DNA of 64,000 bases from Candidatus Latescibacterota bacterium. GTDB taxonomy: Bacteria > Latescibacterota > UBA2968 > GCA-2709665. The notes below the pieces were generated by a model. The model saw only the letters and a list, made by a program, of their open reading frames with translations, did no database searches and had not been told where the DNA came from. This document shows positions 1 through 10,029 of the stretch, in pieces. The stretch is from contig OZ244937.1 of NCBI GenBank assembly GCA_965222075.1, forward strand, positions 5,056,001 to 5,120,000, in the 5' to 3' direction. Position 1 is the stretch's first letter. Every line of letters begins with the position of its first letter. The translations under genes and the position numbers were made by a program.

Positions 1-2015
1 CCACGGCAAAGTTGACGATTGCGCCAGGGTCGAATGTCAAGTTCCGGTTGGGGTGGGTCTACGACTATTCAGAGTACTGGCGGGGCGGCCGGTCGCCCAA
101 TTGGGCCGGCGTTACCAACGTAACCAGGTCAACCGGGCGGCACCTGTTCATCCCGGACGGGTCCCCGGGGGGGAAGGTCCCCAGTCCCGAGAACATGCTC
201 TATGCCACCTGGACCCACACCGTCAGTCCGAAGACGTTTTACGAAATCAAGGTGTCGCACTACGTAAGCAGGGAGGACAGCAGCGAGACGACGGGGAAGA
301 CGACCTCGGATCAGAGGACCGACAAATCGGGCCATTTCTACCTCGGCCGGGAAAGGATGTGGAATTATACCATCGCCGAGCAGAAGAGGACCACCCTCAA
401 GGTCGACCTTTCCAGCCAGTTCAGGAAAGGGCACTTCATCAAGACGGGAGTCGAGTTCGTAAAGTACAGCAACTGGTTTACCTGGGAGGTCATGTTTCCC
501 GACGGGCAGAAGGCCATCGAATTCATCGGGAAAGGTGGCGTGCCAGGGGAGGGGCAAACACCCACTGAGCTGGGGTTTTACGTCCAGGATAAGATGGAAT
601 TTGAAGGGCTGATCGTGAACGCGGGCCTCCGCTTCGACATGTTCTATGGCATAGATGCGCCGTTTTACGGCGGGTTCAGGAGCTTCATGTACGATTCGGT
701 GTCAAAATTCCAGCACATCCCCTACTCCCGCCTGGAGCCGTGGACAAGCTGGTCTCCCCGCCTGGGGATCTCCCATCCGATCACGGACAGATCGGCCATG
801 CACTTCTCCTACGGCCACTTTGCGCAGACTCACGGCTTCCGGCGCATGTTTCAGGAGATGTGGCTGACCGCCGGCAAAGTCGGGATTCCGGGCGTTCCTT
901 TCAGCGAGTACGTGCAGCCAAAGTGGCCTAGCGGGACGACTGCGCTCTGGCCGTCGTTTGACCTGCCGCAAAAGAAGATCAACACCGAGGTGGGCGTGGA
1001 CTGGAACTTTGTGAGCGACTATGTGGTCACGCTGGCTACCTTCTACAACAGCGGCATAAACCAGGAAGCCGGACAATGGCAGAATCTCCGTAATCCGTTT
1101 ACCAAAGGGCGGTTGTATGTCAGCGGCACAGGGGCGACCTGGTGGGAAGACTCCCGGGGCTTCGAGTTCAGCCTGAGGAAAGGCTTCAGCCACCACTTCG
1201 CGTTCCGGGCCGCGTTCAACCTTGAGTGGACGGGCGAGTATTACGGCGGAAAGGGCACAAGCTCGATCGGGTTGGGCGTTGCGATGGACTCCACCTTTAT
1301 CCTGAACAGCCCGATCATGGTGGAGTGGGAAGAGGGGGACGGGTTTCAGCGGCCGGTGCCGATGTCGGAGGCGAGGCGGAGAGAGGCCCTCGCTGGCGCG
1401 ATGAATGCGCAGGATGTATCCGCCACGGGTACGGCGATTGTCTTTTACTCGGGTGACACCGAGACCAAGACATTCGACAACCGTCCGAACCTGAGCGATG
1501 AAACCCGGGCAGCCGCTCAAGGACTGTATTACCTGGAGGATTGGCTGGGGGGCAACAGAGACGACATAACGGCGGGGAAGCGGAGCCAGGGCAGCCTGCA
1601 GATGTTCTTCTCTACCCCCGCAGACCTCGGAGTGGGACCCAGGATTGGCGGAAGCACTCTTCTGGGCAACCTGCGGGCGAACCTGATCTACCGGATCTAT
1701 ACCGGTTCGAAATTCAAGTACCCGACCCTGGACGGGAAGTCAACCTACTCGAGGGGTCCTCTGCACACCAACGTTGATCTGAGCGTGCAGAAGCGCCTCA
1801 ACCTGGGAAAGGTGAATGCGGACCTGTTCGTGGAGGTGTTAAACCTGTTCGATCAGAAGGACGCGAGCGCCTCCGGCACCAGCTACATGTACTATGGACT
1901 CCAGATACCCCCCCCTGACGATGCCGCGTATCTGGAATTCGGGGACGTCTCAGACCGGTCGCGCTATCTTGGCAGTCCCCGGGAGTCGCACGTGGGCATC
2001 CGGTTGAGTTTCTAA
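1..2015 (+). CDS. TonB-dependent receptor, C-terminal part (5' end outside the window)
   Basis: Frame is open from the window edge (TAKLTI, matching STAKLTV in the paralog at 47472). Motifs YVQDKMEFEGLIVNAGLRFD and SPRLGISHPI; ends in barrel strand GIRLSF. Confidence 0.9.
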   Translation, partial: TAKLTIAPGSNVKFRLGWVYDYSEYWRGGRSPNWAGVTNVTRSTGRHLFIPDGSPGGKVPSPENMLYATWTHTVSPKTFYEIKVSHYVSREDSSETTGKTTSDQRTDKSGHFYLGRERMWNYTIAEQKRTTLKVDLSSQFRKGHFIKTGVEFVKYSNWFTWEVMFPDGQKAIEFIGKGGVPGEGQTPTELGFYVQDKMEFEGLIVNAGLRFDMFYGIDAPFYGGFRSFMYDSVSKFQHIPYSRLEPWTSWSPRLGISHPITDRSAMHFSYGHFAQTHGFRRMFQEMWLTAGKVGIPGVPFSEYVQPKWPSGTTALWPSFDLPQKKINTEVGVDWNFVSDYVVTLATFYNSGINQEAGQWQNLRNPFTKGRLYVSGTGATWWEDSRGFEFSLRKGFSHHFAFRAAFNLEWTGEYYGGKGTSSIGLGVAMDSTFILNSPIMVEWEEGDGFQRPVPMSEARRREALAGAMNAQDVSATGTAIVFYSGDTETKTFDNRPNLSDETRAAAQGLYYLEDWLGGNRDDITAGKRSQGSLQMFFSTPADLGVGPRIGGSTLLGNLRANLIYRIYTGSKFKYPTLDGKSTYSRGPLHTNVDLSVQKRLNLGKVNADLFVEVLNLFDQKDASASGTSYMYYGLQIPPPDDAAYLEFGDVSDRSRYLGSPRESHVGIRLSF

Positions 2016-2046
2016 CGAGCATTTGTCCAAAGCCCGAAGATCGTAA

Positions 2047-2087
2047 TCTCCCGCAGGGGCGGGTTTGAAACCTGCTCCTGCGGGAGA
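2047..2087. repeat. REP-like palindrome
   Basis: TCTCCCGCAGGGGCGGGTTTGAAACCTGCTCCTGCGGGAGA folds into a long stem; core resembles GTAG-family REPs (GTAGGGGCGGGTTTGAAACCCGCCCCTAC type). Confidence 0.7.
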
Positions 2088-2146
2088 GGAAAAAACACCC
2101 ATCCTCGGGCCTTAAAGACGACGATCGACGAAGGAGGTTCAGGATC

Positions 2147-4375
2147 ATGAAAAAGATCACAATCTGCGGGGCGGTGTACCTGCTTCTGGGCCTGCTGCTG
2201 TGGGGCCCGTCCCCGGTGGACGCACAGCGGTCGAAGCACCGCTTCCAGACCCGCGCCAAGCTGTGGAATACCTACTGGAACGTGGGCAGCCAGGGAATAT
2301 GGAGCTCGGACCTTGTCAGCCTTTACCGCGCGTTGAGCATGAACTATCCCGGCAATTACGTTACCGATTTTCAGTACGAGGGCCCGGATTACTACGGAGG
2401 CCCGAGGATCTGGCCCGGCATCTCGAATTATTTGACCGCAAACGTGGAGATGAATATACTCTCCGCGGGCCTCGAGACCTTTGTCGCCACGGTGGCGAAC
2501 GGGGAGTATTACGTGTCGGAGACCAAAGTCGACAAGGACCCCCCGGAGATCACTATGTTGGCCTACGACCCTTCGGCGGGGCCGGAGGCGAACATCGGCT
2601 ACCCGACCTATGCCCCCCTGGGCATGGCGATGGCCAACTGGTGGCCCGGGCAGCCGCCCCCAGGGCAGGATACGCCGGTGGAGATCCTCAACTACCGGTA
2701 TGGCCAGTACATGGACCCGGACAAGGACACGTTTCCGGAGAGCATCATCATCTCTCACTACTCCACAAAGCACGGGGTTACGGTCACCCGAAAGGCCTAC
2801 GCGTGGGGCTACCCGGACTACGACGACTTCGAGATTTTGGAGTTTACGTTCGAAAACACCGGGAGTAATCAGCTCAACGACACCTTCATCGCACTCTCGA
2901 CCCGGTGGATCATTTCACAGCGCGGCTGGCGGTGGCAGGCCGGCACGAGTGATTTCCGGACGGAGAATGACCTGATGCACGACGACTGGAACAAATACAC
3001 GGAGGCGGGCAACTACGACGGCCCGGCTTCGGGGGTGGGGCTGAAGTTGTGGTACGGCTACGACGGAGACTCCCCGATTACGGTGTCGGACGACCTGGGC
3101 GACCCATTCGACTCGGCCCGGATGAACGGATATGGATCGGCCAACTTCAAGAAGACCATTGTTGAGGGCGAGCTGATGGCCTACCAGCACGCAGGGTTTG
3201 CGCCGATCGCCTACACCCCCGGCGCCGACAACGATGCGGGCACGTGGACCTACGACACCGGGGGGGATGCGCGCTTTGTGGCGCCCGGGGTGGCCGACCA
3301 GCCGTATGCCTTCAGGTGGTGGCAATTCCGAACGAGGACTGACTTCGACAATCCCGATTCCGGGACCTCATCCTTCGAGAAGATGTATAACGATCTCTCC
3401 GGGGCACCCGGGATTATGGACAACCCGCCCTCGGTGGATGGGGTGCACGGGACCTTCACCTACGGTCCCTACGACCTGGCGCCCGGCGACAAGGCGAGGA
3501 TCGTGGTGGCTCTGGTGGCGGCCGCCCCGGTGGAAGAGAACATGTGGGGATGGGCCGTGCAGGGCAAACAGGGCGAACTGCGCACAGACAAGGGGTTCGA
3601 CAACCTGGTCAAACACCTGAACAAGGCCAGGGAGGCCTTCGATTGGGACTACGACCTGCCCGATCCCCCGCCGGATGTGAAGGTGACATCGGGTGTCACC
3701 TCCGACGCGACCAACCAGTTGACGTGGGACGACGCCGGGGCGACCGATCCGGACTATTCGGGCTCGGAAGCCCAGGATGTCGTTGGCTACCGGGTCTACC
3801 GGTCGGATAACAAGATAGACAACTGGGTGCTTTTTGCCGACATCCCGAAATCCGGGGCCTCTTACACCTATATGGACGAGAAGTCTGCCGCGGGGTTCGC
3901 GTATGACTACGCCGTCCGCGCTTACGATTCGGGGCATGCCGACTGGAACGGGACCGGCATGGAGATCCCCTCCCTTGAAGGCGGGAACAGTTCCCCCGAG
4001 CAGTGGGTGAACGGCGGCGTCAAATGGTCGATCCCGTTCGTGCCCCCCACCGCCGAGTCCGACCAGTTGCAAAGGAAGGTCCGGGTGGTGCCCAACCCGT
4101 ATTTCGATGACGGGGCGCACGCCTACCCGAACAAGGACAGGGTCCGCTTTCTCAATCTCCCGCACAAGTGCAAGGTGAAGATCTTCACAGCGGCCGGGGA
4201 TCTCTTAACGGAGTTCACGCACGACGATCCCTCTCGAGGCGAAACAAATTACGATATGATAACGAGGGATCTCATCGGAAAGGCATCCGCCGGCATCTAT
4301 CACTTCGTGGTCGAATCGCAGGTAGCGGGAAGCGTGGGCAAGATGCAGACCGGCACGTTTGTGATCATCAGGTGA
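2147..4375 (+). CDS. Secreted surface protein with FN3-like domain and T9SS type-A/FlgD-Ig-like C-terminal domain
   Basis: Signal peptide MKKITICGAVYLLLG..DA; RBS AAGGAGG; FN3 motif GYRVYRS..YDYAVRAYD; CTD motif VRVVPNPY..FLNLP..KIFT.AG..SAGIY..FVIIR. Confidence 0.8.
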   Translation: MKKITICGAVYLLLGLLLWGPSPVDAQRSKHRFQTRAKLWNTYWNVGSQGIWSSDLVSLYRALSMNYPGNYVTDFQYEGPDYYGGPRIWPGISNYLTANVEMNILSAGLETFVATVANGEYYVSETKVDKDPPEITMLAYDPSAGPEANIGYPTYAPLGMAMANWWPGQPPPGQDTPVEILNYRYGQYMDPDKDTFPESIIISHYSTKHGVTVTRKAYAWGYPDYDDFEILEFTFENTGSNQLNDTFIALSTRWIISQRGWRWQAGTSDFRTENDLMHDDWNKYTEAGNYDGPASGVGLKLWYGYDGDSPITVSDDLGDPFDSARMNGYGSANFKKTIVEGELMAYQHAGFAPIAYTPGADNDAGTWTYDTGGDARFVAPGVADQPYAFRWWQFRTRTDFDNPDSGTSSFEKMYNDLSGAPGIMDNPPSVDGVHGTFTYGPYDLAPGDKARIVVALVAAAPVEENMWGWAVQGKQGELRTDKGFDNLVKHLNKAREAFDWDYDLPDPPPDVKVTSGVTSDATNQLTWDDAGATDPDYSGSEAQDVVGYRVYRSDNKIDNWVLFADIPKSGASYTYMDEKSAAGFAYDYAVRAYDSGHADWNGTGMEIPSLEGGNSSPEQWVNGGVKWSIPFVPPTAESDQLQRKVRVVPNPYFDDGAHAYPNKDRVRFLNLPHKCKVKIFTAAGDLLTEFTHDDPSRGETNYDMITRDLIGKASAGIYHFVVESQVAGSVGKMQTGTFVIIR

Positions 4376-4422
4376 GGCCTACCAGAGGGCTTGCTGAGAC
4401 ACTGAAAGAAGGAGATAGAACC

Positions 4423-5373
4423 ATGAGACGAGCGTTTTGGACCGTCGTGACAGCGATGGCCGTTTGCACCCTGGTCTTTCCAGATGCCGTGCCTGCGGGG
4501 CAGAAGAAGGTGGGCGGTGTGACGATGCCTCTGTTGAAGATAGACCAGGGGGCGCGCATGAGCGGTATGGGGGGCAGTTATGCGGCCATCGGTGACGACA
4601 TCGGCATGATCCACGTCAATCCCGCGGGATTGACCCACGTTGAGCGAGGTGAATATTCGTTTTCCTACACACGCTGGCTGTCGAATTCCAAGTTTTACTC
4701 CGGCGTGGCCGCCTTCAAAACCGATTACGGTGTCGTCGGGTTGAGCGTGGTGTCACATACGCCCGAGGAGATGGAGGAGTCCACGATCTTCCAGCCAAAC
4801 GGCACGGGCCGGATGCTGGACATAGGCACGGTCAGCATCGGCGTGGCCTTTGCCAAGAAGTTGACGGACAGGCTGTCGTTCGGGTTTGTGGGCCGCTGGA
4901 CGTCGCAGAACCTGGACCTGGAAACGATTACCGTTTACGACATCAGCCTGGGGACGAAGTTCTACACGGGTTTCAAGAGCCTGCGGCTTGGGATGGCGTT
5001 TATGAACCTGGGGAAGGACATCAAGGTGTCCGGGGGTGAGACGCAGCTCATGCCGGTGGTCTTCAGTATTGCAGGAGCGATGGAGGCGTATGGGGAGGTG
5101 GGCGATCCGGCCTATCTGACCGTGACGGCAGAGAACTACTATGCCACGGACTATTCGGAGCCGCAGTACCGGCTGGGCGGTGAGGCCTGGTTTCAGAACA
5201 CCGTGGCGCTGCGCGCGGGGTATAAGTTCAACTACGATATCGAGACCTACAGCGTGGGGGCGGGCGTGAAGTTCCAGCCGGTGGAGGGCAAGGAGATTCA
5301 CGTGGACTTCTCCTACACGAAGTTCGATTTCTTCGATCCCCCGTTGCGGTTCACGCTGAGCGGGTCGTTTTAG
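4423..5373 (+). CDS. PorV/PorQ-family outer-membrane beta-barrel
   Basis: Start moved to ATG 4423 after RBS AAGGAG; signal peptide; LKIDQGARMSGMGG..NPAGL motif; ALRAGY; terminal Phe. Confidence 0.85.
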   Translation: MRRAFWTVVTAMAVCTLVFPDAVPAGQKKVGGVTMPLLKIDQGARMSGMGGSYAAIGDDIGMIHVNPAGLTHVERGEYSFSYTRWLSNSKFYSGVAAFKTDYGVVGLSVVSHTPEEMEESTIFQPNGTGRMLDIGTVSIGVAFAKKLTDRLSFGFVGRWTSQNLDLETITVYDISLGTKFYTGFKSLRLGMAFMNLGKDIKVSGGETQLMPVVFSIAGAMEAYGEVGDPAYLTVTAENYYATDYSEPQYRLGGEAWFQNTVALRAGYKFNYDIETYSVGAGVKFQPVEGKEIHVDFSYTKFDFFDPPLRFTLSGSF

Positions 5374-5415
5374 GCCACGGGGGGAAAGACACGGAAAGGA
5401 CAGCTGGGTCGATTG

Positions 5416-5510
5416 AAAGAGGGGCTGGGACTTGAGACGGGAGGCCTTACCATCTCGCTCTGTGGGGCATGGTTACAGGCCTCCAGCCTCCGGTCTCCAG
5501 CCCCTTTTTT
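5416..5510 (+). terminator. Long nested hairpin with U-tract, probable intrinsic terminator
   Basis: AAAGAGGGGCTGG pairs with CCAGCCCCTTTTTT; inner GGAGGCCT/AGGCCTCC and ACCAT/ATGGT pairs; follows the PorV-like gene. Confidence 0.6.
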
Positions 5511-5644
5511 GCTGGAAGTGCGGCTGTGCTTTTTGGTCGTTATGGGATGTTTCATCTATTATATTGTATCCTGGTGCAGCCGAACGATGATTCCAGGGCG
5601 CCGGCATCGTTAGACGGCGGCGGTGCCGAACAGGGGGATATCTT

Positions 5645-6835
5645 ATGGGTGGAAGAAAGGAAGTTGACTATCGGCCGATTCAAACCCGGCACGGGAAGGA
5701 AGCGGAGGATGCGATTCTGCGTGTGTTGAGGGATGGCGCCTCGTATACGATGGGGGACGAGGTGAAGGGGTTTGAAGAGAAGTTCGCGGGGTTCCTGGGG
5801 GCGGGCGTAGCGGTGGGGGTTACGCACTGTACAGCGGCGCTGGAGCTGAGTGCGGCGCTTTGCAGGGTGGCGCAGGGGGATGAGGTGATTGTTCCGGCCC
5901 ACACGTTTGTGTCGAGCGCGGTGGCGTTTGCGCGGCGGGGCGCAAAGATTGTGTGGGCGGATATCGATCCGGATGCGAGGGTGATGAGCATCGATACGGT
6001 GGCGCCCCTGGTGACGGAGCGGACCAGGGTGATTGTGGCGGTGCATCTGATGGGACTTACGGTGGATATGGATCCGATTCTGGAGCTGGCCGGAGAGCGA
6101 AATATTCGCGTGGTGGAAGACTGCGCTCAGGCGCCCGGGGCGCGGTACAGGGGGCGCCGGGTGGGAGCGCTGGGGGACTTCGGCTGTTTCAGTTTTCACA
6201 CGCAGAAGAATATGACGACCCTGGGCGAGGGAGGGATGCTGGTGGTGCGCGACGAGGAGACGGCGACGGTTGTTAAGAAGCTGCGGTGGATGGGGAACTG
6301 GCAATTTGAGGGGGAAAGGGAGCGGTACTGGGAGCCGTCGATGGCAAATCTGGTCTGCGGGCTGGAAGGGGAATGGCCGTACAATTTCTGTCTGTCGGAG
6401 TTCAACGCGGCAGTGGGGCAGGTGGAGCTCAAGCGGCTGGACGAGGTGAACGCGAACCGGCAGCAGCAGGCGAAGGCGCTTATGGAGGGGCTGGCGGATG
6501 TGGAGGAGCTGAGCTTTCAGAAGGTGGGGCCCGGGTGCGAGCACGTGTACCACATGATGCCTGTGAAGTACGACGGGTCCAGGTCGGGCAAAACGCGGAG
6601 TGACCTGATCGGGTTGATGTACAACGAGTACGGGATTAAGTGCTACGTCCATTATATGCCGCTGTACCGTTTCGATCTGTTCAGGGCCATGGGGTGCGAC
6701 GGGGCGGACTGCCCGGTTACGGATGAATATTACGATAGCATGTACGGATATCCGTGGTGGTCGAACATGTCGGACGAGCTGCTGGAGCGGTTCATCGCGT
6801 CCACCCGGGAGGCGTGCATCAGGCTAAGGGGGTGA
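5645..6835 (+). CDS. DegT/DnrJ/EryC1/StrS-family PLP aminotransferase
   Basis: GDEVIVPAHTF, VVEDCAQAPGA, and SFHTQKNMTTLGEGG carrying the PLP lysine. Confidence 0.92.
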   Translation: MGGRKEVDYRPIQTRHGKEAEDAILRVLRDGASYTMGDEVKGFEEKFAGFLGAGVAVGVTHCTAALELSAALCRVAQGDEVIVPAHTFVSSAVAFARRGAKIVWADIDPDARVMSIDTVAPLVTERTRVIVAVHLMGLTVDMDPILELAGERNIRVVEDCAQAPGARYRGRRVGALGDFGCFSFHTQKNMTTLGEGGMLVVRDEETATVVKKLRWMGNWQFEGERERYWEPSMANLVCGLEGEWPYNFCLSEFNAAVGQVELKRLDEVNANRQQQAKALMEGLADVEELSFQKVGPGCEHVYHMMPVKYDGSRSGKTRSDLIGLMYNEYGIKCYVHYMPLYRFDLFRAMGCDGADCPVTDEYYDSMYGYPWWSNMSDELLERFIASTREACIRLRG

Positions 6836-6840
6836 GTGGT

Positions 6841-9800
6841 ATGAACAACACCGTATGCAATGAGAATTTCGAGGCGACGGAAGGGCTGGCCCTGCTGTGG
6901 GAACTGACGTCGCAGCCGGACAATATCGTGTTCCACAGCCCGGACGCCGAACTGGAGGGGATGCAATATTTCGAATCGGAGTACCGCTGGCTGGCCGTGA
7001 TCGGCTCCAGCGGGACGATCACGGTTACCGTACCGCGCGCAGGAACTTTCTATCCGGCGGTTGTGGTCTACGACAGGCAGGGCAACCAGAAAGTGGTACG
7101 GAAGCCGGGCTTCGACAAGAAGACCGAACGGATCAGCATCGGGCGCAGGCCGGGGCAGGGCGGACTGTCCGTTGTATTGCCGTCCTATGAAATGAGCATC
7201 GATGGAAAGGTCGTCGGGCGATTTGCTTTAACGGAGGGGGACAACCGCCAGCGCCTCTTCTTTTTGAACCACCCCGTTGCGTTCAAAGGCGGAGAGCGGA
7301 TCACGATCCGGGTCGGCCCTGAGGAAGGCACGCACATTACCGAGGATATCCTGCTTCTGCGCACCCGGCCGCCCCTGCGCAAGCGCAATTTTGCGATCGA
7401 CAACGTGGAAACGGGTTTTGTCCTGCGGGATGGACAGGAGGCGATGCGGCTCACGTGGATCACTTCCTGGCCTGCGCGCTGCACCGTTCATTACGGGAGT
7501 GCTTCCGGGCGAATGAAGCGTGTGACGGAGCGCGAGGCGCTGGCAAATCACCGGGTGTACCTGACGGGCCTGGAGCCGGGGGCGGCCTATCGGTTCCGGA
7601 TTCACGCACCCGGGCCGGATGGGAGCGAAATGACGAGTGAGGAGAAGGGGTTCACATTCTCAGCGCCCGGTCCGGTTCAGGGTACGGCAGTCCGTACGAA
7701 GGTTGCCCTGCGTGTGGAGAACCCGTACGGTTTTCCCGTTGAGGGATGCCCCGTTACTTCAGGGGTGCCCTTTGCGAAGGGCGACCTTGGAGATGTGCGG
7801 CGCATGCGGCTGCTGGGGCCGGGGGGCAGGGCGGTGCCGATGCAGGCGGTGGTGACGGGGCGATGGGACGATGGGAGCGTGAAGTGGGCGCTGGTGAGCT
7901 TTAAGGCCGATGCGCGCGCCGGGCGTGCGGGCAGGTACACCCTGGAGTACGGGAAGGTGGTGTCTGGCCGGGCGAGGGGGACGTCCCCTGTTGTGGAGGA
8001 AGACGGCGACAGGCTGAGGGTTAGCACGGGGCCGCTGGAGGCCGTATTTGACCGGAGGAAGTCGGGCTTTCCGGTGGGCATTTCCCTGAATGGCCGCAAG
8101 GTGTTGGGAGGGGTGATGGAAGCCTGCATACAGGACGGTGAGGGAAGGGCCTACACGTCGAACGGTCCTGCGGAGATTCTTGAGGTGGAAGAGGCCGGGC
8201 CGGTGCGTGTGGTCGTGCGCAGCGCCGGACACCATCGGTCGGCATCCCGGAAGTCCTTCTTTGCGTACGAGGCGCGCTTCGTGTTTTATGCGGGTTCGCC
8301 CATGGTCCGGGTCTACTACAGCTGGGGAAACGACCGTGAAGCGCTGTTCAGCCACTTCAGGCGCGCGTGCGTGCGGGTGCCGCTGGCGGGCGGCGGACCT
8401 CCGCGATGGTCGGTGGGGCTGGGCGAAGGGGAGCGGGCGGACGGCGAAGGAGACCTTGAGCTCAGGCAGCTCAGGCACGACGCGTTTGCGCTCGACCCGG
8501 TCCGGGAGGGCAGCCTGCGGCGGGCGGATGGATGGCTGGAGGCGACACGACGGAATGCAGGGCTGACGCTGGCGGTGCGCGACTTCTGGCAGCTGTATCC
8601 CCGGTCGCTGGGCGTGCGTGAGGGCTGTGTAGAGGCCGGCGTAAGCGCGGGCTTCCCGGAAGGCTTTTACGATGGCGCGGATATGAAGGAGGCGGTAAAC
8701 TACTATTTCTACCTCCCGGGAGGGGCGTACAAGATTAAGCGGGGGATCAAGAAGTGGCACGAACTGGGGCTGTACTTTCACGACGGGAGCCCGGACGACA
8801 CCGACCGGCTGCGGGCGGTGTCTGTTTTCAACGAGCCGTTGATCGCCACCTGCCCCCCCGAGCGATATTGCGGCACGCGCGTGTTCGGGCCTCTTCTGCC
8901 TTCAACCGATGGTCGCACGGCCTGGTACGACGAGGCCTGCGAAAAGGGCGTCGCCGCGGTCTACGAGGCGCGGTGCGAGGCGGAGGGATGGTACGGCATG
9001 CTCAACTTCGGAGACGCGCTGGGCGATGAGAACGTGACCTGGCTCAACGGGGAGTACGACCACCACCACGCCTTTCTGCTCCAGTACGCCCGCACCGGCC
9101 AGCGGAGGTGGTATTTTCTGGCGGAGAAGGCAGCCCGGCACGCCATTGACGTGGACACGTGCCACTACGGCCCCGACAAAGGGGTGGAGTGGGCCCATTC
9201 CCTGGGGCATACGGGTGACTACCTGGACCACGACCCTCTGGATTCGAACAATATTCCGGGGGGGATGGTTACGCCGAGCCATTCGTGGGTCGAAGGCTTT
9301 TCAGACTGGCACTTTCTGAGCGGAGATCCGACAGCCCTTGAAAACGCCGGGCTGGTGGGGGACTACTATGCCGGAGCCTATCTGAACAACTACGATTTCG
9401 AAAACCTCCGGGATATTGGATGGCACCTGATCCTGACGATGGGTGCGTACAATCTTACCGGGGACCCATTCTATCTCAACACGGCACGGATTATTGTGGA
9501 ACGGGCCCTGGAGCGGCAGACTCCGGGCCCGCGGGGTTGGCACCGTCAGATGATCCCGGCCCACTGCTATTGTACGCCTCGCCATCGCGGCGCCTGCGTC
9601 TATATGCTGGCCATCCTGTGCCGGGGCCTGGAGACCTACCTGGATGCCACCGGCGACCCGCGCCTGGTGGATGCCATCGTGGGGGGCGCCGAACAGTGTG
9701 TGGACGAGATGTGGGTGGAGAGAACGAACTCGTTCATAGGGACGTCCTGTCCCGCAGGGCGCGAGTCCGGTACAGACCTGCCCCTGGGTGTGGCCGATAA

Positions 9801-10029
9801 GAGAAATCCGGAACGCGTCGAATACCATCCGCTGTTTATGGGCATTCCGTGTCAGACGCTCCTGTTCGCCCACCTCCATGCGGGCCGACCCGAATATGTT
9901 GAGACCGTCAGGAGGAATATGGCAGCCTGCTTCGGTTACGGGTATCCCAGTGTCGCTTCTTTTCCCTGGTGGTCGAAGGTGCTCTACTATCTGAACGAGG
10001 TTGACCCGGAGAGTCTGGGCAGGCCTTAG
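6841..10029 (+). CDS. Large multidomain protein: FN3 plus YetA/PcRGLX (PL26)-like beta-sandwich and (alpha/alpha) barrel
   Basis: FN3 (HRVYLTGLEPGAAYRFRI); PVTSGVPF..W.DGSVKW; VRDFWQLYP; YGMLNFGD..WLNGEYD; ARHAIDVD. Start set at ATG 6841; no signal peptide. Confidence 0.65.
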   Translation: MNNTVCNENFEATEGLALLWELTSQPDNIVFHSPDAELEGMQYFESEYRWLAVIGSSGTITVTVPRAGTFYPAVVVYDRQGNQKVVRKPGFDKKTERISIGRRPGQGGLSVVLPSYEMSIDGKVVGRFALTEGDNRQRLFFLNHPVAFKGGERITIRVGPEEGTHITEDILLLRTRPPLRKRNFAIDNVETGFVLRDGQEAMRLTWITSWPARCTVHYGSASGRMKRVTEREALANHRVYLTGLEPGAAYRFRIHAPGPDGSEMTSEEKGFTFSAPGPVQGTAVRTKVALRVENPYGFPVEGCPVTSGVPFAKGDLGDVRRMRLLGPGGRAVPMQAVVTGRWDDGSVKWALVSFKADARAGRAGRYTLEYGKVVSGRARGTSPVVEEDGDRLRVSTGPLEAVFDRRKSGFPVGISLNGRKVLGGVMEACIQDGEGRAYTSNGPAEILEVEEAGPVRVVVRSAGHHRSASRKSFFAYEARFVFYAGSPMVRVYYSWGNDREALFSHFRRACVRVPLAGGGPPRWSVGLGEGERADGEGDLELRQLRHDAFALDPVREGSLRRADGWLEATRRNAGLTLAVRDFWQLYPRSLGVREGCVEAGVSAGFPEGFYDGADMKEAVNYYFYLPGGAYKIKRGIKKWHELGLYFHDGSPDDTDRLRAVSVFNEPLIATCPPERYCGTRVFGPLLPSTDGRTAWYDEACEKGVAAVYEARCEAEGWYGMLNFGDALGDENVTWLNGEYDHHHAFLLQYARTGQRRWYFLAEKAARHAIDVDTCHYGPDKGVEWAHSLGHTGDYLDHDPLDSNNIPGGMVTPSHSWVEGFSDWHFLSGDPTALENAGLVGDYYAGAYLNNYDFENLRDIGWHLILTMGAYNLTGDPFYLNTARIIVERALERQTPGPRGWHRQMIPAHCYCTPRHRGACVYMLAILCRGLETYLDATGDPRLVDAIVGGAEQCVDEMWVERTNSFIGTSCPAGRESGTDLPLGVADKRNPERVEYHPLFMGIPCQTLLFAHLHAGRPEYVETVRRNMAACFGYGYPSVASFPWWSKVLYYLNEVDPESLGRP

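Noticed and set aside
4168-4422. Upstream ORF extensions (also 6754, 15028, 15992, 21449, 29212, 34836, 36612, 37874, 56411)
   Set aside because: They overlap upstream genes or lack an RBS; downstream starts with better RBS or signal peptides were used.
5530-5630. Promoter or riboswitch upstream of the DegT gene
   Set aside because: Only a weak TTGGTC-N18-TATTAT match and a short AACGATG/CATCGTT stem; not enough support.
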